A stretch of 64,000 nt of DNA from assembly GCA_030704615.1 (NCBI GenBank), contig CM060732.1, positions 57,474,001 to 57,538,000 on the forward strand. Reading direction: 5' to 3'. The first letter of the stretch is position 1; each line of letters begins with the position of its first letter. Positions 38,501 to 50,024 of the stretch are shown in pieces. A program made the translations under genes and the position numbers. The DNA is from Takakia lepidozioides. Taxonomy: Eukaryota > Plantae > Bryophyta. The notes under the pieces are model-generated. The model searched no databases, was not told where the DNA came from, and worked only from the letters and a program-made list of their open reading frames with translations.

Positions 38501-41500
38501 TGATCATGAAGACGACAGCAGGGAGAGCTGTAGGTCGCAAGGGCAGGGCAGGTTCATCGGGCGCCACTGCTTTCAGCAACACAAGTTATCTACAAGAGTT
38601 GATTAATTAAACAACGGAGGTGGGCATATTATTGAAGGAGTCTCCTTCCTAAAGACGGTTTCTCAAAGCTTGATGTCCACTGCAAGACTTTGCACACTCG
38701 TATGTATGCAAACACCTGACATAATGCGTGTATGTGCCAAGATGTTGTCCTGACCATTTCAGACAGATCGACCAGTGAAACCACAGGTCTACTAGATCCG
38801 TTCAAACTTCGGATGGATTGTCAGTTCAAAGCACACACCACTTCTGGGTGGCGATCATGTCATTCGAGATAAGACTCACCGAGGTTGTCTAGAAGTTAAG
38901 AAGCTATCTGATGTTATCTAGATGTCAGCGTTGTCTACTGACAGTGGATGCCTACTACGTTTTGGAGGGCACACGGTCACAAGGTGGCAGAAACAGTCAC
39001 CTTAGAAGGCTCACATGGCCAACAAGTGGAAGGTCGACAGAAGCAGGTCCAGATGTCGTATGAACAAATGTTGTTTCGCGATTGGCAGCTGGAGGGAGTT
39101 TGCATTCGACCACGACCTCAAAATCGGAGACCAGCTTGTCTTCACTCTCATTTCACACTCTTGTTTTACCGTTCGAGTGTTTGACAAGTTTGGCAAACGA
39201 GGGCAGGTAACTCCACCACCTAGGGAGTATCCTTGGATCCATATTGGGGTGGATTCATGGCTCCGTAGGATTGGTATCCACCGCTGGGCCAAAAACTTGC
39301 CAAAGCGCAAGTACACAATCGAGACTGAATCCGGCCTCAAAACATTGTGGAAGCCACATACTAATGTTCCACACAATGTAACTAACATGATGAAGTCATT
39401 CCCAACGCATGTTTCCAGCAGGGGTTCCGTTTCCGACGACGCGAGGGCTACGGTGGTAATGGAGGGCAGGGCATACGCACGGCAGATCAAACCCCCAATT
39501 TCATGCTGATTATGAGAGACCCTCAAGTCCACGGCAAGTCTTCGTTGGTGGGTTCTTACTTTTCACCATCCTGGTTCTTTAGCAGCATTAGAACTTGATT
39601 GAACAGAAGCGCATTGCGTGATCAATAGATTAAATTGTCTCTGAGCATGCATGTATGGCAGGAAATACCTTTCGAATTCATCAAGGAATCCAGGATGCCA
39701 CCAAAGAAGTTTAGTATGCGTCTGAACAATTGCACTGGAAAAGTGTGGAATCCTCAATGCGCAGGGGAGCACCTTACAGTCGGGAGCTGGACTCTCAAGC
39801 TTGGGCACAATTTGCACTCCACCAGTGCCTTGAGGAAGGAGATGTGTTTTTGAGCTAACCCATAACACTGACTTCACAACACCAGTCCGCATCTTCCCGT
39901 TAGTGGAAGTCACTGAAAATGCTGGATGGGACAGCCATCTTGCAAACAAATCTATCAACAACGAGGTTTAGTGTTCTCACTTTCATCCGGCCTTTGTGCG
40001 CAGCTGATCATGACTACACTTTAAAAGCAGTAGCCAGGTGACAGACATGGCTTTGCACACTACCACCTCTAAGTCAGATTTATCCAACAGGGCCAAGACT
40101 GCTTAGATTCAGATCCAGAGAATCTCTTCTCTGGTAATGACAAGAAATTATGGTTGGCCCTTCAACGTTTGTACAAGCCGCAAAACGGTCAGCAAGTACA
40201 AGCGCTGAAGACTACTAAAGGTGCAGTGGTGACTTCATCGGTTGACATTGTCAAAACCTTTGAAACTCACTACAGTATCCTTGGCAGAACTTCTAGGTCT
40301 AACAGTGAGGGGTCTTCTGCTGAATGGAGGGACACAGTTGGAAAAACTGTTCCTATGATTCAAAACAGCCCTGATGAACTGGAGTATATTTCAATGGCTT
40401 ATAATGCTCCCATTAGTTCTTCTGAGATTGTGGAAGCAATTGAACATTTAAATGGATATAAAGCTGGTGGACCTGATGGTATTGTCAACGAGCTTATCAA
40501 ACACGGTGGCGATCCCATGATAGAGGCCCTAGTTCTCCTCTTTAACCTTATCTGGAAGACTGAAATGATCCCCTTTTGCTGGCGACAGGGGGTCATTGTC
40601 AATCTATACAAGAAGGGTGACAGAGAAGAACCGGGGAACTACCGTGGCATCACGCTCCTCAATGCTGTTGGCAAGACATTCTGCAGAGTTATAAGTACTC
40701 ATCTCGAGGTTGATCTGGAGTCTAGAGGTTGTTTCCACGAAGGCCAAGCTGGCTTTTGGCGAAACAGGGGCTGTGTGGATCATATCTTCACTCTAAGCCA
40801 GATTATCCAGGGAAGGAAAAAAGAAGGGAAACCCTCTTATGTCTTTTTCCTGGATGTCAAAAAGGCTTATGACACAGTGTGGAGAGATGGCCTATGGTTC
40901 CGCCTCTGGTCTTGTGGGATCAAGGGAAAGATGTGGAGAGTTGTCCACAACTTGTATGCTCACACCAAAAGCTGTGTCACTGTTAACGGACAGAAGTCCA
41001 ACTTCTTTGACATAGACCAAGGTGTAGCTCAAGGATGTACTCTCTCCCCTCTGCTCTTCAATGTTTTCATCAATCAACTCCTCGAGGATGTGGAAAGTGA
41101 GGGATTTGGGTTAAGGGTGGGTGATACCACCATACCAGCCCTTATGTTTGCGGATGACTTCGCAGGCATAGGGGAGACTCCAACCAATCTCCAGGAGTTG
41201 ATTGATTGTGCGAAGAGATACTTTGATCTTTGGGGGCTAGAGGCTAATGTCAGCAAATGTGCAGTGGTAGCATTCAACGACAGAGGAGAGGGAGGAAGTG
41301 ATCTTAAGTGGCAGTGGGGTAGCCAAGAGATCCCGGTCCTCCCTTCCTACACTTACCTGGGCGTTGAGTTCTCCTCCAATTGTAATTGGGATGCTCATAT
41401 CCGGAAAGTTGTTCAAACTGGCAAGGGCAAAGCTCTGGGGCTCACTAAATTTTTCCACTGCAGAGGGGTCAACTCTGAGGTTAAGAAAACCATGCTTTGT

Positions 41501-44500
41501 CGCGTTATTAGACCTGCCTTGGAGTACGGATCTGCTATATGGGTTGATAACTCCAACCAGGCTAAGTATCTAGAATCCATTCAAGTGAGGGTGCTTAAGG
41601 AGTGTATGTCAGCATGCTCCAAAACAGCCAATGTGGCTGTTCGGGGTGAGTTTGGCATTCCGTCCTTAAGCTCCCGACGAGATGAATTCAAGGTCAGATG
41701 GTGGGGTCAGCTGCAACATATGCCCAACACCAGATATCCTAAGTTAATCGACTCTATATCTTGGAAACAGGACCGCCCTGTCAAACAGGCTAAGTCCTGG
41801 CAGAAGAGAGTAGAAGAGAACCTCAAGGACCTGGACCTGGATCCGCAAGTCTTGACCCTGCTGGATAAATCTGACTTAGAGGCTGTAGTGTCCTCAGCAA
41901 TGTCTGTTGCCATGAGATTGTCTGATGAAAATGAAGTTAGGCAGAAAACTTCCCTGAACTTGTTTCCAGTCTGTGACATGGGGGAGGACATCTTGGATGA
42001 CCTCAAGGGTCCACCCACTCTCGGCACTAGACTGAAATTTAAACTTCGGGCAGGAAGCCTACCTTTGAACAGCAAACAGAAGCAGAGAGGAAAGGGAGAG
42101 TGCAATTGCCCGTTGTGTGGGCAATCTGAATACAGTATTCATTTTCTGATACACTGTCCGGGGTTCTCTCACCAAAGAGACGCTCTCTTCAAATCTATTA
42201 AGGGAATTGTGCCTGTACCCCTGTTTACCAACTTTGAAAGTCTCGAGGCTGAGCCAAAAGCCCAGGCCCTCCTGAGGCCTAGTTTTTGGGCAAATCACAC
42301 ACAGCAGATTGATGCTTGTGTGAAGGGATTTCTAGAGGATATCTGGAAAACCCGGATTAATTCTTTATATGGAGGTAAGTCTTACTACCAACGTCAGCCC
42401 CTGACAGAGGTAGGCTCTGTCCCTTTTGTTCCCGCTCAAACTGGGCGCGGGGTCAATCGCCACAAGGCTACGGCAAACAACGTCTTATGAGTACAATCTC
42501 TTCCGCCAGGACTTAGCCTGTTTGACAGGGCGATCATGCTTCCAAGCTATAGAGTCGATTAACTTAGGATATCTGATATTAGACATGTTGCAGCTGACCC
42601 CACCATCTGACCTTGAATTCATCTCGTCGGGAGGTAAGGAAAGGATGCCAAACTCACCCCGAACAGCCACATTGGCTGTTTTGGAGCATGCTGACATGCA
42701 CTCCTTAAGCACCCCCACTTGAATGGATTCTAGAGACTTAGCCTGGTTGGCGTTATCAATCCATACTGCAGATGCATTACTCCAAGGCAGGCCTAATAAC
42801 GCGGTAAAGCATGATTTTTTTAACTCAGAGTTCATCCCTCTGCAGTGGAAAAATTTAATGAGACCCAGCGCTTTGCGCTTGCCAGATTGCACGACTTTTT
42901 CAATATGTGCATCCCAATTACAGTTGGAGGAAAACTTAACACTAAGGTATGTGTAGGAAGGGAGGACCAGAATCTCTTGGCTTCCCACTGCCACTTCAGA
43001 TCACCTCCTCCCACCCCTCGGTCGTTGAATGCCACCACTGCACATTTACTGACGTTAGCGTCTAGACCTCAAAGGTCAAACTCTCTCTTCGCCCAATCAA
43101 TCAACTCCTGGAGATTGGAAGGAGTCTCCCCTATGCCTGCGAAATCATCCGCAAACATAAGGGCTGGTATGGTGGCATCACCCTCACTTTCCACATCCTC
43201 AAGGAGTGGATTGATGAAAACATTGAAGAGAAGAGGGGAGAGGGTACATCCTTGAGTTCTATGTCAAAGAAGTTAGACTTCTGTCCATTAACAGTGAGAC
43301 AGCTTTTGGTGTGGGCATGCAAATTATGGACCACTCTCCACATCTTTCCCTTTATCCCAGATGACCAGAGTCGGAGCCATAGACTCTCTCCACACTGTCA
43401 TACAAGAGAGGGGGGCAATGCACTCGAGAAACTTTTGCTGGAAGCTAGAACGTAGACCCTGCACTTGGTGAAGATGAAGCAGAACATTACAAAAAGTGGG
43501 GACTGCTGCACAGCAGTGTGATGTCCCTTTGAAAATGAGTGAGAGAGAGAAAGAAAGTTCTGAGCGAGAGATAAAGACCTGATCAAGGACAACCCGAATA
43601 AAGGTGCCTGGGACCCCGCCTGCTGTCACCAACTTGCTTAAAGCCAAGTACCTGCAGCCACGGATGCCATTCTCTAGCAAAATGGGTCAACAAATGGGTC
43701 AACACATCTTAAGCCTAAAACATCCAGACCCATCTATCGTCGATACAAACCCCCTCAATCGATACTACCCCTCCCAGAGTAAGTTGCAACAGTGGAAAAC
43801 TCAGCCTATGTTGCAGAAAGCACTGACGGAAAATCTCGTTAGAGGATTGCTGTGAGTGTTGGTTTGAATAGGGGAGTTGAGGCCTACTACAAATCAGAAT
43901 GCTAAATCCAGCATTGCTAATCCTCTGCTTGATGCATATGTGACACATCTGTCCTTCCTGTACTGCAGTCAACTTCAAATTGGTCACAGGGTTGAGAGAA
44001 GACTTACTTAAGCTTTAGAATCACATTTAACAACATCAAGTTGATGCAAACTCTGCTTATCCCGTCTTAAAACCAGTGGGTGTGTTTGTTGGGAGGCAAA
44101 ATCTATAGTCTAATAGAAGTAGCTGAGTGCAAAGTGGCACATTTCAACTAATAGAAAACAATTTATGCTTTAAGGTAGGGTTATCCTTACCAAGTATGTA
44201 GAGTGGGGCCAACCAGCATAAACCCAATGAAGGTGATCAAAGCTGTTCGTTTCAATTCCACCTTTCCTTTTTTCTCAACAACTAACTGCCATTATACCCC
44301 CCCCAAGACAGACATTAATAAGTTGACATAATCTGCAGCCCCAAGTAAACCCAGGAGAGTAGACTGTTACCAACCTAACAGAAACCTACAATTAAATGAG
44401 CTAACCTACTAAGCCTTGATACAAATCTAGAGGCATGTGAGAGAGAGGTAACCTGACAGAAAATATCTCCCAAAAAGTTGAGGATGGCTGCTGTGATGGC

Positions 44501-47500
44501 TTTGGTTCGCACGGGATACTGGTCAGTGAGTGCCAAATACCTGAAAATTCCACAAACACCCGTACACTAAGGAGCACGGCAAAAACGAATAAACCCACAA
44601 AAAGACCATCAACAGTGCAGGGAGGACTAGAGAAGACACAAGAAGAGGCAAAGAATCATCGACATTGAAATATGGTGTTAAGAGTTAGGTTCAACTATTT
44701 CCCCAAATCTTGAATAAAAAATGGAAGGCACTCAGAACCTATAAGGAGTCACAAAGTGGGTGCATCAGAAACATGCAGAATATTATAAGGAGGACTGCTT
44801 CTGTCCATCATCTTTCTCTATCTCTCTGTTGTTCCGCCCGAACTGGGCACAGGGTCTATGGCCACAAGGCTACGGTAAATAACGTCTTAAGAGTACGTTC
44901 TCATATGTTCTCTCTCTCTGTCTCTCTCTCTCTCTCTCTATTCTCTCATCTCTCAATGGCCACAAGGCTACGGCAAACAACGTCTTATGAGTACAATCTC
45001 TCTCTATTCATTTTCTGATACACTGTCCGGGGTTCTCTCACCAACCGACAGGGCCATTATTACAAAAGTAATATGCAGTCTCCCGTCGGCCTGGGACAGT
45101 GTGAACAACTCTCTTCAAATCTATTAAGGGAATTGTGCCTGTACCCCTGTTTACCAACTTTGAAAGTCTCAAGGCTGAGCCAAAAGCCCAGGCCCTCCTG
45201 AGGCCTAGTTTTTGGGCAAATCACACACAGCAGATTGATGCTTGTGTGAAGGGATTTCTAGAGGATATCTGGAAAACCCGGATTAATTCTTTATATGGAG
45301 GTAAGTCTTACTACCAATGTCAGCCCCTGACAGAGGTAGGTTCTGTCCCTTTTGTTCCCGCTCAAACTGGGCACGGGGTCAATGGCCACAAGGCTACGGC
45401 AAACAACGTCTTATGAGTACAATCTCTCTCTCTCTCTCATAAGGAGGACTGCTTCTGTCCATCATCTTTCTCTATCTCTCTGTTGTTCCGCCCGAACTGG
45501 GCACAGGGTCAATGGCCACAAGGCTACGGCAAACAACGTCTTATGAGTACAATCTCTCTCTCTCTCTCTCATAGGGGAGACTCCTTCCAACCTCCAGGAA
45601 TTGATTGATTGCGCGAAGAGATACTTTGATCTTTGGGGGCTAGAGGCTAATGTCAGTAAATGTGCAGTGGTGGCATTCAATGACAGTGGAGAGGGAGGAA
45701 GTGATCTTAAGTGGCAGTGGGGTAGCCAAGAGATTCCAGTCCTCCCTTCCTACACATACCTGGGCGTTGAGTTTTCCTCCAACTGTAACTGGGATGCACA
45801 TATCCAGAAAGTTGTTCAAACTGGCAAGGGCAAAGCGTTGAGTCGCACTAAATTTTTCAACTGCAGAGGGATTAACTCTGAAACCTTGCTTTGCCGCGTT
45901 ATTAGACCTGCCTTGGAGTACGGATCTGCTATATGGGTTGATAACTCCAACCAGGCTAAGTATCTAGAATCCATTCAAGTGGGGGTGCTTAAGGAGTGCG
46001 TCAGCATGCTCCAAAACAGCCAATGTGGCTGTTCAGGGTGAGTTTGGCATCCCTTCCTTAAGCTCCCGACGAGATGAATTCAAGGTCAGATGGTGGGGTC
46101 AGTTGCAACACATGTCAAACACCAGATACCCTAAGTTAATCGACTCTATGTCTTGGAAACAGGACCGCCCTGTCAAACAGGCAGGGAAGAGAGTAGAAGA
46201 GATTCTCAAGGATCTGAATCTGGACCCGCAAGCCTTGACCTTGCTGGATAAATCTGACTTAGAGATGTAGTGTCCAAAGCCATGTCTGTTACCAGAAAAT
46301 TGTCTGATGCAAATGAAGTTAGGCAGAAAACTTCCCTGAACCTGTTTCCAGTCTGTGACATGGGGGAGGATATCGTGGATGACCTCAAGGGTCTACCCAC
46401 TCTCGGCACCAGACTGAAATTTAAACTCAGGGCAGGAAGCCTATCTTTGAACAGTAAACAGAAGCAGAGAGGAAAGGGAGAGTGCAATTGCCCGTTGTGT
46501 GGGCAACCCGAAGACAATATTCATTTTTTGATTCACTGTCCGGGGTACTCTCACCAGAGAGAAGCTCTCCTCCAATCTAGAATTGTGCCTGTACCTCTGT
46601 TTACCAACTTTGAAAGTCTCAAGGCTGAGCCAAAAGCCCAGGCCCTTCTGAGGCCTAGTTTTTGGGCAAATCACACACAGCAGATTGATGCTTGTGTGAA
46701 GGGATTTCTAGAGGATATCTGGAAAACCCGAATCAATTCTATTTATAAAGGTAAGTCTTACTACCAATGTCAGCCCCTGACAGAGGTAGGTTCTGTCCCT
46801 TTGGTTTCCACTCAAACTGGGCGCGGGGTCAATGGCCACAAGGCTACGGCAAACAACGTCTTATGAGTACATTCTCTCTCTCTCTCAAGTTCCGCTCAAA
46901 CTGGGCGCGGGGCAATGGCCACAAGGCTACGGCAAACGTCTTATGAGTACATTCTCTCTCTCTCAAGCCAAAGGCCCAGGCCCTTTTGGGGCCTAGTTAT
47001 TGGGAAAACAACCCACAGCAGGTTGATGCTTGTGTAACGGGATTTCTAGAGGATATCTGGAAAACCCAGATCAATGGTTAATTGTTTATTCCAAGGTAAG
47101 TTTTACAACCGGCACCAGCCCCTGACAGTTCTGTCCCTTTGTGTTCTGCTCAAACTGGCTGCGGGGTCAATGGCCACAAGGCTACGGCAAACAACGTCTT
47201 ATGAGTACATTCTCTTCCAAGTATAGTTTTGCCTTTATCCACTTGTCCTTCCTCACGTTTTTTCCATTAATCAGATGGACAGACGGCAATAGATAGAATG
47301 CTTAGACTGAAGGACACAGATCCCTGGATACTAGTGATTGGGCTTTTAAAGTTCAGTGATTGTAAGACCTTCCTCATGCCAACTGGAGACCTATCTCAAT
47401 TCTGAGGGTTTCTACATGCCAACTTGACTTCAATAAAAGGCTTGAGTTGGTGGCTCTTCAATGTGCATGATCTCTTCACTTGCACCTTTCCATGCCACTA

Positions 47501-48956
47501 AGGTGTGTGGTAAGAAGAGAAGCAGTTCAGGCTATATTCCTCAAGGAAGGAAGGTGCTATCAGGATGGGTGAAACTAGACATTGACAGACATGGCCTCTT
47601 CCTCAAGCAACACTCGGGTAGAGGGCATGAGCTAATAGGTTTTCCTTACCACTTCCTAGTGCATTGATCTATATGCTAGAAATTTGCAAGGCTATTATGT
47701 TTGATTGTGATTTAGACTTAGCTCCATTGTATGTTTCTTGGTGTGGATAACAACTAGGTGAGGATGACGCAGCCTGTTATTCCTCTCTAACCACCAACCA
47801 TTATCTGTGGCTATGGATGAGGATGGGAGCAGGTGAGGCTTCTATGGCAACAAAGTCTCATGAGCATATTCCCTCTAGAGTGAAATTTAAACTCAGGGTG
47901 GGGAGTCTACCTTTGAACAATACACAGATAGAGGGGAGTGCCTGATATGCTGGCGGTCTGAAGACAATATCCATGTTCTCATACAATGTCCGTGGTATTC
48001 TCAGCTGCCCTGCTCAGGACCATCAAGAACATAGTCCCTGCACCTCTGTTCACCTACTTCCAAAATCTCAAGGCTAAGCCTAAAGCCCTTGCCTTGTTGG
48101 GGTATCTCACACACGGCAGATTGATAATTGTGTGAAGGTCTTTCTAGAGGAAATCTGAAAAGCACGGACCCATTGTTTATAGTTTATACCAAGGTAAGTC
48201 CCACTACTGGAGGGCTTGGAGTAAGCCCCTCACAAAGGTACTGTCTGTTCCCTCTTGTCTCTATCCTGCATGAAAGAGATGGGGCTCGTCAACTAGTGCA
48301 CGTATTCCATTTCCATCTCCTCATGGCTGTCTGTATGAAAATAACACACGTGCACATTTGAGTTTAAAAGCCCCCTTCGCGACTGCATTCCTTCATTGCA
48401 ACGTCCCAGACGATGATTTTGGCCAGACCATCAGAAACGGAAGGCGAAGATACAAAGAAGTCAGTCTATAGGCATAAACAAAAGCATAAAGTGCAGGTAC
48501 ACGGGTGTACCAAGACAGGAGACCGGTTGGATGCGGCAATTTCCCGTTATTCTCTCCATTGTCCTCTGACCCATCATCGCCCCCTCCACCACCGCCTCTT
48601 CCAATATCCCCCCCTCCACCTCCGTCACCCCCACCTCCTGTTGCTGTAGCAAATCTCGCAACCGGCAATGCTCTCGTCCCCATTGGCTCCAACCCTAAAC
48701 CTCTCCATAAAGAAAAGGCGCCGACTCTTTGGGAGTCGATGAGACCACCGTCGCCACATCCTCCCTCCTCAGCTATGGAGAAGACGGAGCTAGTGATGGC
48801 TTTCACTGATCGGCTAAATGAGACTGGTGAAATGGAAATGGAGATTTTAGTCGCACAGCAGCCAGCAACCTGCCCTAGAGCGAGAAAGGAAGACTTCGAC
48901 GATGGGGGAGCCACAAGCGCAGAGAACAGGAATGGACTCAACTTCTTCACCTCCAT
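32516..48956 (-). CDS. Mpv17/PMP22 family membrane protein with transit-peptide-like N-terminus and Gly-rich linker; seven exons
   Basis: In-phase GT-AG exons: 48956-48511 (..GLLSW), 44540-44453 (YLALTDQYPVRTKAITAAILNFLGDIFCQ), 44285-44191 (..KRTALITFIGFMLVGPTLHTW), 43651-43579 (YLALSKL..RVVLDQ), 33595-33503 (FVFSPAF..LLTLEGR), 33284-33198 (DW..ANWKLWIPFQFINF.FIPQQLQ), 32635-32516 (VAFANVVALAWNVYLSF..*). Confidence 0.9.
33656..34514 (+). mobile_element. 5'-truncated LINE copy (family A), flanked by CT runs
   Basis: Nearly identical to 41651-42500. Premature TAA near 33965. C-terminal CPLC..H..C motif. Preceded by AGTACAAT(CT)12 and ending TGAGTACAATG(TC)n. Confidence 0.92.
35590..35800 (+). 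mobile_element. Old degenerate 3' fragment of LINE family A
   Basis: Recognisable cacacacagcaaattgatgcttgtgt..ggaaatctggaaa similarity to the family 3' region. Confidence 0.7.
36880..37750 (+). pseudogene. PLS-class PPR pseudogene inside intron 4 of the Mpv17/PMP22 gene
   Basis: HNTLVNVH..ITDAHQVF, TWNIMIAG, GQEVHG, DAKGVFDNMAEQDV, GYAQHG.G.EAL, KPDYITFV, ALVAMYDKCG, DVVYWSAMIAG, broken by frameshifts and deletions. Confidence 0.85.
37975..38190 (-). mobile_element. Short diverged 3' fragment of LINE family A, reverse orientation
   Basis: Reverse complement of the family terminus (ctcataagacgttgtttgccgtagccttgtggccattgacccc). Confidence 0.85.
38506..39900 (+). pseudogene. Multi-B3-domain (REM-like) pseudogene nested antisense in intron 4
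   Basis: SFLKTVS..RL|WMPTTF..VTLEGSHG / NKWKV..GSWREFAFDHDLKIGDQLVFTLISHSCFTVRVFD, and a later EIPFEFIK..GKVW..GSW repeat. Frameshift near 39018, in-frame stops, and GT-AG introns retained (38700-38944). Confidence 0.75.
40040..43400 (-). mobile_element. Older antisense copy of LINE family A, split into 40040-40132 and 42498-43400 by the young copy
   Basis: Both flanks are reverse-complement matches to adjacent parts of the family sequence (..KSWRK | EILKDL..LDKSDLE..). Confidence 0.85.
40133..42500 (+). mobile_element. Young 5'-truncated LINE (family A, RTE/RTEX-like) with an open 778-aa RT plus C-terminal Cys/His ORF; endonuclease missing
   Basis: KAGGPDG, NYRGITLL, QAGF, FLDVKKAYD, GVAQGCTLSP, MFADD, YTYLGV, CPLC..HFLIHCP. 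The stop is followed by GTACAATCTC. Clade assignment is an inference. Confidence 0.93.
44785..47215 (+). mobile_element. Head-to-tail array of seven 5'-truncated family A LINE copies separated by CT runs (intron 1 of the Mpv17/PMP22 gene)
   Basis: Terminal motif ggccacaaggctacgg at ~44860, 44958, 45384, 45514, 46834, 46917 and 47172, each followed by gagtac..(ct)n and then the next fragment. Confidence 0.92.
47875..48260 (+). mobile_element. Old degenerate family A-related LINE 3' fragment
   Basis: tgaaatttaaactcagggtggggagtctacctttgaac and gaagacaatatccat..tgtcc match the RLKFKLRAGSLPLN..EDNIHF..CP region. Confidence 0.75.
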
Positions 48957-49119
48957 TTCTACCTAACCAAAACTGCCTAACTTACGCCTCTCTTCTCCTT
49001 CCCTACATGTTCTCAAACATTTCTAACTTGACAGGGAACATATTCCCCAACATACGGCACAGATGTGGATGATCATCCACATTCTCAATGTGCATTTGTT
49101 ACAATTTCGCTCGTTCAAG

Positions 49120-50024
49120 TTGTCAAACTAATTTTTCTCTTAAGTATAGGGTAATGCCCTGAGTGGAGGGCATTCCCGGATTTGAGGGCCGGACACCGAG
49201 GGCGGTAGCCCAAGGGGAGGGCCTAAAAAACGGGAATGCCCCACAAAGAGGGGTATTACCTGCGTAAAGATGAGTTTCCCTCCTTTGCTGGTTGGTTATC
49301 TTCGTCCAGTCCTCCAGCTCATCATCAAATACTGGGTTTGAGTAGCATTCTCCATCCCAGATCTTCGTGTAGGCTTCTTTGATGAAACCATCTGTCATAT
49401 CCTTGCGATTGAGATCTTGGTACTATTCAAGATCTGCTTCATCTTGGAGTTCATCCTCCCAGATATCAAGGCACTTCATGTACTCTTCCATTGCTTCCCG
49501 GTCCCAGTATAGACCTTCATCCCCCTCCTCATCAGTGTCTTCAGTAGAGTGGGAACTCATATTGTCGTTCATGTCTGATTCACAATCAGATAGCCCATCT
49601 TCATCCATGGGCGTCAATAAGCTTTGATTGATGCGGAGACCTTGTGCTTGTTCAAGTGTCCTTACCTCCGTTTTGTTTTGATTATCGTCACCCAAAGGTT
49701 CCACGGCCAAGTTTTTGCAGAACTCATGGAAGTTGTCGTTGGCTTCACTTGGTTCATGGTGTGAAGTGGAGAGTAAGCCACATTTAAACTAGACCCATAC
49801 CTGACTCGTAATGTTTCTGTTTCCGTATCAACTGCTGCTCCGAACTTCTTCAAGAATAATCCAAGCAGCATGTTGTATGTGTCAGTGTTCACTACCATGA
49901 AGCTGATTATGTTAGTTAGTTTTCCTACTGTAACCTTCAGATTGTCGAGTACACCCATTGTTGTTTCTACAGCACCTGAAGCTACCCTATATGACATCTC
50001 TCGATCTGTCAATACACAGCCCAT
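49120..50024 (-). mobile_element. Degenerate LTR-retrotransposon remnant (retroviral-type aspartic protease C-terminal part)
   Basis: YRVASGAVETTMGVLDNLKVTVG..FMVVNTDTYNMLLGL.FLKKFGAAVD fits the gag-aspartic protease pattern. Confidence 0.6.

Noticed and set aside
48505-48966. Pro-rich, extensin-like plus-strand ORF
   Set aside because: Reverse complement of the Gly-rich first exon of the Mpv17/PMP22 gene.
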